Assembly (NCBI GenBank): GCA_038222885.1
Contig: JBBRHJ010000001.1
Span: 31,845 to 95,844 of the forward strand
DNA: 64,000 nucleotides
DNA from: Bacteroidales bacterium
GTDB taxonomy: Bacteria > Bacteroidota > Bacteroidia > Bacteroidales > Paludibacteraceae
Direction: 5' to 3'
The notes beneath the pieces were generated by a model. That model ran no database searches and was not told where the DNA came from. It was given only the letters and a program-made list of their open reading frames with translations. The position numbers and the translations under genes were made by a program. Shown here in pieces: positions 55,310-64,000 of the stretch (its first letter is position 1; the number at the start of each line of letters is the position of its first letter).

Positions 55310-55652
55310 TTCACTTTTTTTGATTTATGACTGGTCCCATTTACTGGGTAGTTCATTATACTAATATTCGTTGATTAATTGCTATAGTCACTGTAATTTG
55401 CATTCCCAGTTTTTTAATTCTTGAATCCGCTCCGAAAAGGGGTAGAACGCAAATGGAACATCCAGATTTATAGGGGAACCGCTGAAAACCGTAAATCTAC
55501 ACAAAATTACATATATTTGATTTACAAAGAAATAGACTACATGATTATAATTGAAATAATATGCTGCTCCATCATATAAAATGATCATCGGAGAATTCTG
55601 AAAATATTAAATTTTACAATTAGTATCTGTTATTCATTATGCTGATAATCAT

Positions 55653-57710
55653 TTAATTAATCACCAACTTTTCTTTAAAAGCACGGTTTCCATCATTCAC
55701 TTTCAACACATAAATACCCTGAGGCAGACCATGAATATCTAATATATTATCTTTTAATACAGTAGAAATCACTTTTTCACCCGCCAGAGTATATATTTCC
55801 ACTTTGGAAAGCGATTTTACACCATCAATTCTCACAAAATCTCCGTTTGCTGGGTTTGGATATATTTCCACAGATTCATTTTTTACATCTTCTACTGCAT
55901 TTGGCGAATTGCTTACCTTATAAAGATTGAATTCAGCACAAGAGCTAAATTTGTTTCCATCGACAGTTGATTTTGACACAAACTTAACAAAACGAGCATT
56001 CACTGGATAAAAGTTCACTCTTTTTTCATCATGATCTTTTGAAAAAAGTCCAGCAGAAACTGCATCGCCCCAAGTGAGGCCATCTTGACTAAGATAAAGT
56101 TCATAATCGGCAGTAACTCCATTATAAGAAGCATCCTGACGAGGAAGATAACTAAAACCATTGACTGAATAACTTGCTCCTAAATCAATCGTAAAATAAT
56201 GTGGAAATGGATCAGTTCCAGCATATTTTGTATGCCACATAGTTGATGTATTTCCATCGATTGCATTTTTTACAGCATTGTTTCCTGTGGTCTCATAACT
56301 TGTATATGACACCACACTCCAATTTGTTTTATCGATGAGGGTACTGCTGGCAATATCACTAAAACTTGCACGAACACTAACCATTGCTTCTGGAGGAACG
56401 CTAATAATCAATTGATTATTAGCATTGAGGGTATAATTCAATTTCTTAAATCTATATATTCCACTTGTTATTCGAATATCTTTAATTACTGGGTTTGTAA
56501 AGCCATTAAAATCATACACATAATCAACTGTTTTAACGGACTCATTATAAGTAGTATAACTTAAATCTCGGGTACCTGTACCAGGTTGTATAAATGCCAA
56601 AGTTCCATTACTGACACCCATATCGTTTACTTGTACCATTTGCATTCCAGGGTCAGCAAATCTACTGTACTGAGCCATCATCCATGCTCCTTCTTTCGGT
56701 GCCCAGCCTTTATTTGTAATATTAAATATAAATTGTAATTCCCATGCTAACCAAGCACTTACCTTACCATTGCTTAAAGCACCAAAAATATAAGTAGCGT
56801 AGTTTTTTGCCTGAGAGTGCTCCAGAGTAACAGATAAATTATTCCAATCTCCCCACTCCGTTTGCCGTAACTTCAAGCCTTTTTTCAATGCAGCTTTATA
56901 CCAATATTCTTGAAACTCAGCGTTCTTCTGATATTCATGATAACTCAAGTGATCCAATAAACCAATCGCACTGGAATTAAGCATATTATTAAAACGAGCG
57001 TAATTATTAAGATATAAAGCATCGAAAGCTGCCAATTTCATATCAGTCAACCCAGCAGCATCAAATGCTTTACGGGCCTCTAAAATAAATGTAACTGTTT
57101 CAGCATCGGTCAAATGGCAGTTCGCGCCAATGGGTCTGCCTGGCGGAATCCAAGGAGATGACGATTCGTTCATTGGGGTATAACTGGTGAAAGTAATCCC
57201 ATAGTCTTTTTTAATGTTCTTAATGGTGCTGGCCATTATCGACATAAATTCAGTTACATTGTTGTTTCGACCTTTTCCGTTTTGGTCAATATAGAAAAAA
57301 CTAGGTAGTGAGTTCTGTCTAAAAGAAACTTGACCTCCACGCTCTAACAACTTTTGGGCATACCAGTAAATATTTGAATTATCTTTTTGACTTTTAGGAA
57401 TATAAGTATTGGTATTCACATCAATACAAGCCATTAATTCAACCTGATGATTAAAGCGAAAGTTAAAAGACGAATCTGGATTTTGATTGGTAAAGAGCAT
57501 ATCAGCAATTTGATCCAATTTTTTTGGGTTACTCGTGTGGAAATTGTTGTAAGTATCGATTAATGGTTGCCACATGGAGCAATCACCAAAACCATCGATG
57601 GTTTGGTACGTCTTCTCTGGATTAATGGAGATGATTTTTTTGATATTTGTCTGTGCATGTGTGCTTGCAATCAAGACAAACAATCCAATAAAATAGTAAA
57701 TGATTCTCAT
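55653..57710 (-). CDS. GH30-like clan-A hydrolase + CBM32 (F5/8) + T9SS CTD
   Basis: TYQTIDGFG, PMNE, SYHEY, QTEW; NAIDGNTSTMWHT..YLPRQD..AEFN; IYPNPA..KLVIN. Confidence 0.72.
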   Translation of the reverse strand: MRIIYYFIGLFVLIASTHAQTNIKKIISINPEKTYQTIDGFGDCSMWQPLIDTYNNFHTSNPKKLDQIADMLFTNQNPDSSFNFRFNHQVELMACIDVNTNTYIPKSQKDNSNIYWYAQKLLERGGQVSFRQNSLPSFFYIDQNGKGRNNNVTEFMSIMASTIKNIKKDYGITFTSYTPMNESSSPWIPPGRPIGANCHLTDAETVTFILEARKAFDAAGLTDMKLAAFDALYLNNYARFNNMLNSSAIGLLDHLSYHEYQKNAEFQEYWYKAALKKGLKLRQTEWGDWNNLSVTLEHSQAKNYATYIFGALSNGKVSAWLAWELQFIFNITNKGWAPKEGAWMMAQYSRFADPGMQMVQVNDMGVSNGTLAFIQPGTGTRDLSYTTYNESVKTVDYVYDFNGFTNPVIKDIRITSGIYRFKKLNYTLNANNQLIISVPPEAMVSVRASFSDIASSTLIDKTNWSVVSYTSYETTGNNAVKNAIDGNTSTMWHTKYAGTDPFPHYFTIDLGASYSVNGFSYLPRQDASYNGVTADYELYLSQDGLTWGDAVSAGLFSKDHDEKRVNFYPVNARFVKFVSKSTVDGNKFSSCAEFNLYKVSNSPNAVEDVKNESVEIYPNPANGDFVRIDGVKSLSKVEIYTLAGEKVISTVLKDNILDIHGLPQGIYVLKVNDGNRAFKEKLVIN

Positions 57711-57850
57711 AAATTTATTTTTTTTATTTGCAATTTATTACTCCATCAAAATAGAAGTTTTGGCTTACAGCAAAATGATATTATGATGGATAGCTTATTT
57801 ATTTGTTGGTAATATTACAAAAAATGGCAAACTTGTGTGAAACAATTTAA

Positions 57851-58067
57851 TAATTAATGCGAATCAGGAGTTAAGACTAAATGTAATTTGCTATTTCCCG
57901 TAGGGAATACATGTCAATAGAGAAATTTTAAATAGAAATCAATTCCGCGTGGGGATAAACAAAGAAAAAGATGTCAATGTCCTACGGACAATAAAATTAT
58001 ATCAATGCTAATTCTATTGATATTCAAGTCCTACGGACTATATTTAAAATGCTGATTCGCACAATTA
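57851..58067. mobile_element. Second family of REP-bearing MITE-like element (degenerate)
   Basis: TAATTAATGCGAATCAG ... CTGATTCGCACAATTA inverted ends; hairpins TTCCCgtaGGGAA (57895), TGTCCtacGGACA (57978), AGTCCtacGGACT (58027); no clear TSD. Confidence 0.6.
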
Positions 58068-58203
58068 GTAAAACTTTGTAAAATTACAAGTTGATTAGCC
58101 GTGTTGAAATGGATTATCTTACTATTAGTATAGAATATATCATTTTCGAATACACTACTGAGGGTTTAGTTTAATAAATTCCAAATAGAACCATAATTTT
58201 CCA

Positions 58204-60639
58204 TCAATTAACAATATAAAAGTCAGAAGCATTCGTAGATTTAATATCGGATTCAATCCAATGCATTCCTTTTTTTAGGCTTTGTTTAATGGTTTTAGTT
58301 GCAAATGGAATTACGATATTGTAATCAGATTTGAGATTGAAATGAACCCTGGAAATAACTTTTTCGGGCAACTTTACTGTCAATTTATTTCCAGTGCGTA
58401 GCACTTGGCAATTCATTGTTCGTAAACTTCCATCTTCACGTTCAAGCACAAAGGCATTTGAAATAAATTGTTCGGCTAAAATAATAAAATGCTCATGCAC
58501 ATCATTATCGCAGCTCCAACCCTGTGTAACCTTATGCAGTCCGTCAGCTTTATGCACTGTCAAACCTCCAATTTGACCTTCCGGAACCCTCCACCAGTCA
58601 CTAATCATCGGAAGCCACTGTTCACCAATAATTACAGGAACACGTTTTCCTTGACCTGGCTTTTCAGCATCTGGTACAAACTGACTTGCTTCAATGTATG
58701 GGTCGGGAACAAAAGCCCAACGTAAAATACCCGTTTTTTCGTCAATAGCCTGAGCACAAGATCCCATGGCATTATTCATAATATTCAGATACTTTTCTTC
58801 GCCAGTGAGTTGATAAAGATAAAAAGCACCAAATTGACTTCTCATTGTCCAGCCGTGAGGCGAATTCATCATATTGGGTGTGGTCAGTACATCGTATTGC
58901 GATTCCCAGAAACGCAATGTTCCTCCACGCATTCTTCCATCAGGGATAAGTGCCTGCGTGAGACATTCATGCCTTTGTTGAACTTCCATACTGGTTTCAA
59001 TAAACTGTTTGCGAATTGAATCTTCCTTGCTTTTCAATGCATACATGGCCATTAACGACCAAGCACTTCCTGCCTGAGTATCTTCGTAGGTTGATTCTCC
59101 TTCGGTGTCGCCCAAGTCTTTAACTTTAAGAATATTCTGTGATGCCGCTTCAACTGAACGCAAATGCCTCTCGAAACGATTTTTCCAAACCGTATCTTTC
59201 TCAATAAATGGTTTCTCAGCCCAAGCAAGCTCACTCAGAAATTTTGCCCCAAGTGTGAGGGCAGTATAACCTTTATAAGCTCCATTCGGTAGTTGAAACT
59301 TTTTTATAAGCAAATCGCCCCATTGTGCGGCCAATTCCAGATCCTGTATTTTAGCAGTTGCATTGTATCGAGCAACTAACATACCAACCATCCACGATGT
59401 GTTTTGCGGTCGAGTATTCCAAGTTGGTTTATTCAAATAGAAGTCGGCAGTTGTTGAATCTACCATAAGTGAGTAGAAACTATGAAATATCTTTTCGGTC
59501 TCTGCTAATTGCTTTGTATCAGGGAAATATGATTGGGCTAAATAAGCACTAAAAAAACTCAACCATCCTTCGCGGTGTTGCATAGGCTTTATCTGCATTC
59601 TTAATGCTTCGGTTCTGGCTTGGTTGAGATAATAAGCCCAAGGTTTCCGAATATGAAATAGTGCTTCCGTTTGCTTTCCATTGCTAATTGCTTTAATCGT
59701 GTAATTGCCAACCACTTTTGGAGCTACTAATGTAAAACGCATCAAGTTATTTTTTAATACAGGTTTAGGCAATATTATTAATTTGCTCGCAGGATCCAAT
59801 AATGTTAGTGTTGGAATACTGATTTTATGATAATTTACACTTATTTCGATGGTTTCACCCACAGCGGCAGTTGTTCTATCGAGTCCAATGGCTGGTGCTT
59901 TGCAATTAGTAGCGATGATGGGTAAAACCTCTTCTAAAGTAGAGGCAGGCTGAAGTACAATGCTCCACGAACGCGATTCGCCAGCAGCTAATTCTATAAG
60001 TTGCTGCGGATGACGCAGTGGAAGTGGAAGTTGGTGCATTAAATCCAAACTACTTGTGGTAATTCTATGCCCATTAGCAATATATTCAATTTGCCTTGAC
60101 GCGACAGGATCTGGGGAAGATATGGTTAGAATTTGACCATTTGGATTTTGGAAATATCCCCAAAAATGAGTCTTTTCACACCGTAACAGTGTTGGAAAGA
60201 AATAACCAAAAAATGTTTTCGGATCCTTCATTTCGTTATCAATTCCAAGTGTAAGTCTTACGGGTTGAGTTGCTTGAAAAGGCCTTGAATCTTCATTCTT
60301 TAAATTAGCAATTACAGTTAATTTTCCATCAATATCACGGTATTCTAACGAATAAATTTGTGCATCATTTTTTCCTTCAAAGCGTAGTTGATTTCCTTTA
60401 TCTTGCGAAAGTGCTATTCCTTTCCATGCGGGACCACCATTTTCATCGGTTCTCCATGGGATTTTAACTGCTGAACCTTTGAATTGCATTACGAGTTCGG
60501 TAATCGCACCTTGGCTATTAACAGTCACCGACCAATCTCCTTTTTTAGACTTTAATACCGTCGGTATTGAATTTTGTGAAAAGCTCATTTGTGAACAAGT
60601 CGCTATAAGCAAACATATTAGAATTTTGATCTTTTTCAT
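58204..60639 (-). CDS. Secreted hypothetical protein, probable helical-barrel CAZyme
   Basis: Signal peptide; 811 aa; RCEKTHFWGY, TEGESTYED, RFWESQYD..NSPHGW, CDNDVHE; located in a CAZyme cluster. Confidence 0.55.
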   Translation of the reverse strand: MKKIKILICLLIATCSQMSFSQNSIPTVLKSKKGDWSVTVNSQGAITELVMQFKGSAVKIPWRTDENGGPAWKGIALSQDKGNQLRFEGKNDAQIYSLEYRDIDGKLTVIANLKNEDSRPFQATQPVRLTLGIDNEMKDPKTFFGYFFPTLLRCEKTHFWGYFQNPNGQILTISSPDPVASRQIEYIANGHRITTSSLDLMHQLPLPLRHPQQLIELAAGESRSWSIVLQPASTLEEVLPIIATNCKAPAIGLDRTTAAVGETIEISVNYHKISIPTLTLLDPASKLIILPKPVLKNNLMRFTLVAPKVVGNYTIKAISNGKQTEALFHIRKPWAYYLNQARTEALRMQIKPMQHREGWLSFFSAYLAQSYFPDTKQLAETEKIFHSFYSLMVDSTTADFYLNKPTWNTRPQNTSWMVGMLVARYNATAKIQDLELAAQWGDLLIKKFQLPNGAYKGYTALTLGAKFLSELAWAEKPFIEKDTVWKNRFERHLRSVEAASQNILKVKDLGDTEGESTYEDTQAGSAWSLMAMYALKSKEDSIRKQFIETSMEVQQRHECLTQALIPDGRMRGGTLRFWESQYDVLTTPNMMNSPHGWTMRSQFGAFYLYQLTGEEKYLNIMNNAMGSCAQAIDEKTGILRWAFVPDPYIEASQFVPDAEKPGQGKRVPVIIGEQWLPMISDWWRVPEGQIGGLTVHKADGLHKVTQGWSCDNDVHEHFIILAEQFISNAFVLEREDGSLRTMNCQVLRTGNKLTVKLPEKVISRVHFNLKSDYNIVIPFATKTIKQSLKKGMHWIESDIKSTNASDFYIVN

Positions 60640-60667
60640 TTTGATTTATTTTTTTATTCTATACTAT

Positions 60668-61795
60668 CTAATTGACTGCAATTTTCACTGAGAATTCTTT
60701 TTGTTTTACATCAGTTACTCTTAACAAATAAATTCCTTTTGGCAAAATAATATTAGTCAACTTAAATTGTTGTTTCCAATCACTAAAAGTATATTTCAGT
60801 GTTTTACCATCCAACAATTGTATGCTACTTTCGTAAGGTGGAGTAGCACTGTTTGGCAGTTCTATTGTTAACTCGGATTTCATTGGGTTTGGAAATACTT
60901 TTATTTTACCCTCCGAAATTGTTTCTGAAGCTGTATCAGTCACATTGTTCAATTTATTAACTGCCTGTAATCCATCGCCCAAATTATAAAAATCAAGCGT
61001 TACGAAATTAGGAAATTTTCTCTTTTCAGTTTGGCATTTAGTTATTCTGTCGATTAAAAATGGATTTGAATTGGCTTTTAATGCTTTGTCTTTCTGTCCT
61101 ACTCCTAAAATGGAACTGGTGATGAAATGATTTAGAATAAATAAGTCGTTATTTGCTTTACCTCTGTTGAAGTCTGAATTAAAATCATCCAAATCATGTA
61201 CCGAAAATGATGTTTCTACGGAATAAGTCCATACAAAATGATACCATTTCTGAGTTGAGCTTGCATCATTTTTATCAGAAAATACAATCAAACGTTTATT
61301 TGTTTCTATCATATTCTGAAGCGTTGGCCAATCAACTCCCTTCACTTTTGTATAGGTAATTGCAAGTAAATCAGCATTTTTCATGGCTTCTTCTATTTTA
61401 TCAGCCGACTCATAACATTCAAATATAATCGTAACAATTTCTTTGGGATTGTTCGTCAAAAAATCTTTGATCTGATCCAGAAAATAACTCAGAGGTTTAG
61501 TTCCCAAAACTGATTTACTATGGTACACCACAGGCACTCCATTTTCATCATACACATCTATCATCAACGCCCGAACACCATCTACCAACTGACGAGTAAT
61601 ATTATATTCCTGGTTAGGATACGAATATTTATCCTGAGTAGAATTAAAGGCATTATGTGTTGTGAGAAACGCTATCTCATTATATTTTTTTGCCAATAAA
61701 TTTGTGTTTTTCCCTTGTGAAAAAACAGTATTAAAAGTCAATATTGAAATAATGAGTATTGACAATTTAAATTGTATAGTTTTAGTGAAAATCAT
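60668..61795 (-). CDS. PI-PLC-like phosphodiesterase with T9SS CTD
   Basis: TTHNAF, NQ..ITRQLVDGVRALMIDV, YH, WPTL..M..RLIVF, PNFVTLDFY; VFPNPM CTD; start 61795 (or 61837). Confidence 0.82.
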   Translation of the reverse strand: MIFTKTIQFKLSILIISILTFNTVFSQGKNTNLLAKKYNEIAFLTTHNAFNSTQDKYSYPNQEYNITRQLVDGVRALMIDVYDENGVPVVYHSKSVLGTKPLSYFLDQIKDFLTNNPKEIVTIIFECYESADKIEEAMKNADLLAITYTKVKGVDWPTLQNMIETNKRLIVFSDKNDASSTQKWYHFVWTYSVETSFSVHDLDDFNSDFNRGKANNDLFILNHFITSSILGVGQKDKALKANSNPFLIDRITKCQTEKRKFPNFVTLDFYNLGDGLQAVNKLNNVTDTASETISEGKIKVFPNPMKSELTIELPNSATPPYESSIQLLDGKTLKYTFSDWKQQFKLTNIILPKGIYLLRVTDVKQKEFSVKIAVN

Positions 61796-61933
61796 GATTG
61801 TTACTAAAATTCTACTTGAAAATATTCTTGAACTCATTGTAATTCTTAATTAATATTGCTTTGTAACTGACCTTTTCACTACTATAAAAACACAGTATTA
61901 ATACTTAACTTTAATGGTCTGATTTAGAAAATA

Positions 61934-64000
61934 CTATTTACCCCAACTCTTGTTTGGCTTGTTGCCTAATATTAAATGTAAGCGTCCACCTTTTGAAAAG
62001 TCATCGTGCGAAAAGTAGGATTTGTTCCAATTTTTAGCATTCAGTTTTGCAGATTGAATGTAACAGTTTGAAGTTGAAATGCTTTCGGTCGTGATAATGA
62101 ATTTTCGACCTTTATAATAATCTTTGTTCAATGAAATTTCAACTTTATCAAAAATAGGCGACGTTATGTCGTAAGTGGAGTGAATGGATGCACCGCCGTC
62201 CATTTGAAAAAGCCCAACTGCCATCAACACTCCCAATGCGCCCATTTGTCCCTGATCTTCATCGCCATTATAACCGCCGTACGGTGTAACATTACCAAAA
62301 GTAATTTCTTTTACTTCTCGAACCCATTTCTGAGATAACCACGGAGCTCCACAATGATTAAAAAGATGAGCCATCTGGCACGAAGGTTGATTTTCGTAAT
62401 CGACCCAGCTTTCGGCATGTTTTCCATGATCGGTTATAAATCTGTTTGATTTTGCCCTAATAAAGCAACTATCAATATAATTTGCATATTGTTCCTCACC
62501 ACCAAAAAGTTTAATTAAACCAGTTAAATCGTGGGGGACAAAGTTTGTATAAATAGCTGAATTACTTTCAACAAATCCTTTGGAGTTAAAACCTTTGCCA
62601 ATGGGTGCAAAATTATTTATCCACGTACCATCAATATTTTTAGGATGAATAAACTTATTTTGGGGATTCCATAAATTTTTATAATTCGACGAACGTTTGT
62701 TGAATAAATTATAATCCTCAGTTTTTCCGAGTGCCAAAGCAAATTGTCCCAAACACCAATCTTGATAAGCGTATTCCAAGGTCATTGCAGCACCATCTTT
62801 ATGCGAACCACCACCAGCAATTCCTTCGGGGATATATCCTCTTTCTAAATAATACTTCATTCCGCCACCTGTTGGATTTTTGGAGTGTTCGTAACCCGCC
62901 CTATCACGAATTCCACCTTCGAAAGCATTTTTATATAAACCTTCATACGCTTTTTCAACATCAAAATTGCGAATTCCTTTGTTGTAGGCAGTGGCAAAAA
63001 ACGATGATGCTGGATCACCAATCATAACATATGTATAATTACCGCCCGAAGGACCACGAGGTATCAGACCGCCATATTTATACATTTCGACCATGCTATT
63101 GCAGAAATCATTCATAATTTCTGGATATACCATAGACCACAAAACATTTAAAGTCCACTGACTTCCCCACAAAGCATCAAAATTGTATTGATTATGAATT
63201 GGTATTCCCTTCTGATTCAATGGAATCTGTCGAACTACTGGTTTTGCACCTGTCATGTCGCAGTATTTTCCATTCACATCGCTTACAACTCTTCGGCCAA
63301 GCAATGAGTGCCAAAGATCTGTATAAAACTTAGTTTTCTGATTCTCAGTTCCACCTTTTATCTGAATTCTACCTAAATAATTATTCCACTCAGCCTCCGA
63401 TGCCTTAACCACCTGATTAAAGTTCCAATGCGGAAGTTCAGCATCCATATTGATTCGGGCTTGTACAATACCAGTGTACGAAATAGCCACTTTCATTTGC
63501 AAAATAGGGTTTTTACTCTTATTGAATCGGACATAAGCACCAATATTTTTACCATATATTTGATTCAATTCTCCATTTTTGAGTTTAGCATTTTCCCAAC
63601 CTCCAAAATAGCTAATTGGCTGATCGAAGCGAGCCACGAAATAAACATAAGTGGGTTTCGGTCGTCGAATAGTAGACCCCATTATGCTATATCCAGCAAT
63701 TTCGTAATCACTCACTTTTTGAACAAAAGCAGAATCCATTGCCGAATGTGCTAAATAAGCTCCTACATCAAATATCACAAATTTATCTTTATCGACTGGG
63801 TAGCTATACTTATGAAAACCAACCCTTTTGGTTGAAGTCAATTCTGCACGAATGCCATAATCTTTTAGGTAGATGCTGTGATATCCAGGACTTGCTTTTT
63901 CGTCATCATGACTAAATGACGATTTGTATGATTCCATGCCTAAATGACCTTTAAATTCTCCAATAGTAGGCATTACAGGAATACCGGACATTTGCCAAGC
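61934..64000 (-). CDS. GH92 alpha-mannosidase family, 5' end beyond the window
   Basis: AWQMSG, ASPGYH, AELTST.RVG, TLEYAYQDW, YENQP, GDEDQGQMG. Confidence 0.9.
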   Translation of the reverse strand, partial: AWQMSGIPVMPTIGEFKGHLGMESYKSSFSHDDEKASPGYHSIYLKDYGIRAELTSTKRVGFHKYSYPVDKDKFVIFDVGAYLAHSAMDSAFVQKVSDYEIAGYSIMGSTIRRPKPTYVYFVARFDQPISYFGGWENAKLKNGELNQIYGKNIGAYVRFNKSKNPILQMKVAISYTGIVQARINMDAELPHWNFNQVVKASEAEWNNYLGRIQIKGGTENQKTKFYTDLWHSLLGRRVVSDVNGKYCDMTGAKPVVRQIPLNQKGIPIHNQYNFDALWGSQWTLNVLWSMVYPEIMNDFCNSMVEMYKYGGLIPRGPSGGNYTYVMIGDPASSFFATAYNKGIRNFDVEKAYEGLYKNAFEGGIRDRAGYEHSKNPTGGGMKYYLERGYIPEGIAGGGSHKDGAAMTLEYAYQDWCLGQFALALGKTEDYNLFNKRSSNYKNLWNPQNKFIHPKNIDGTWINNFAPIGKGFNSKGFVESNSAIYTNFVPHDLTGLIKLFGGEEQYANYIDSCFIRAKSNRFITDHGKHAESWVDYENQPSCQMAHLFNHCGAPWLSQKWVREVKEITFGNVTPYGGYNGDEDQGQMGALGVLMAVGLFQMDGGASIHSTYDITSPIFDKVEISLNKDYYKGRKFIITTESISTSNCYIQSAKLNAKNWNKSYFSHDDFSKGGRLHLILGNKPNKSWGK

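Noticed and set aside
57851-58067. Invertible promoter (phase variation) between inverted repeats
   Set aside because: No recombinase nearby, no clear promoter inside, and the internal hairpins fit a MITE/REP interpretation better

Overview
AT-rich Bacteroidota (Bacteroidales/Paludibacter-like, inferred from gene families and TAnnTTTG promoters) carbohydrate-utilisation region, almost all on the minus strand. It holds a tandem susC-susD-susC-susD transporter and four GH2 enzymes (two paralogue pairs). It also encodes GH43_24, GH115-like, GH92, GH30-like, CE2/SGNH and PL-like enzymes, four Ser-type sulfatases, six proteins with T9SS C-terminal domains, an AraC/MFS/GalM/DUF5107 sugar module and several uncharacterised secreted proteins. 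Structure the ORF track does not show: (1) four promoters share an exactly spaced 21-bp direct-repeat operator, a probable AraC regulon; (2) a 247-bp MITE with 17-bp TIRs and a perfect 9-bp TSD carries a nested set of REP-like hairpins, with a decayed second copy abutting a decapitated gene and a second REP-bearing element family; (3) a 60-aa peptide with a YxxPxI leader-like motif is coupled to a non-catalytic T9SS protein; (4) a long susC leader with a short uORF; (5) two 5'-truncated pseudogenes. No database searches were run; family calls rest on recognised motifs.
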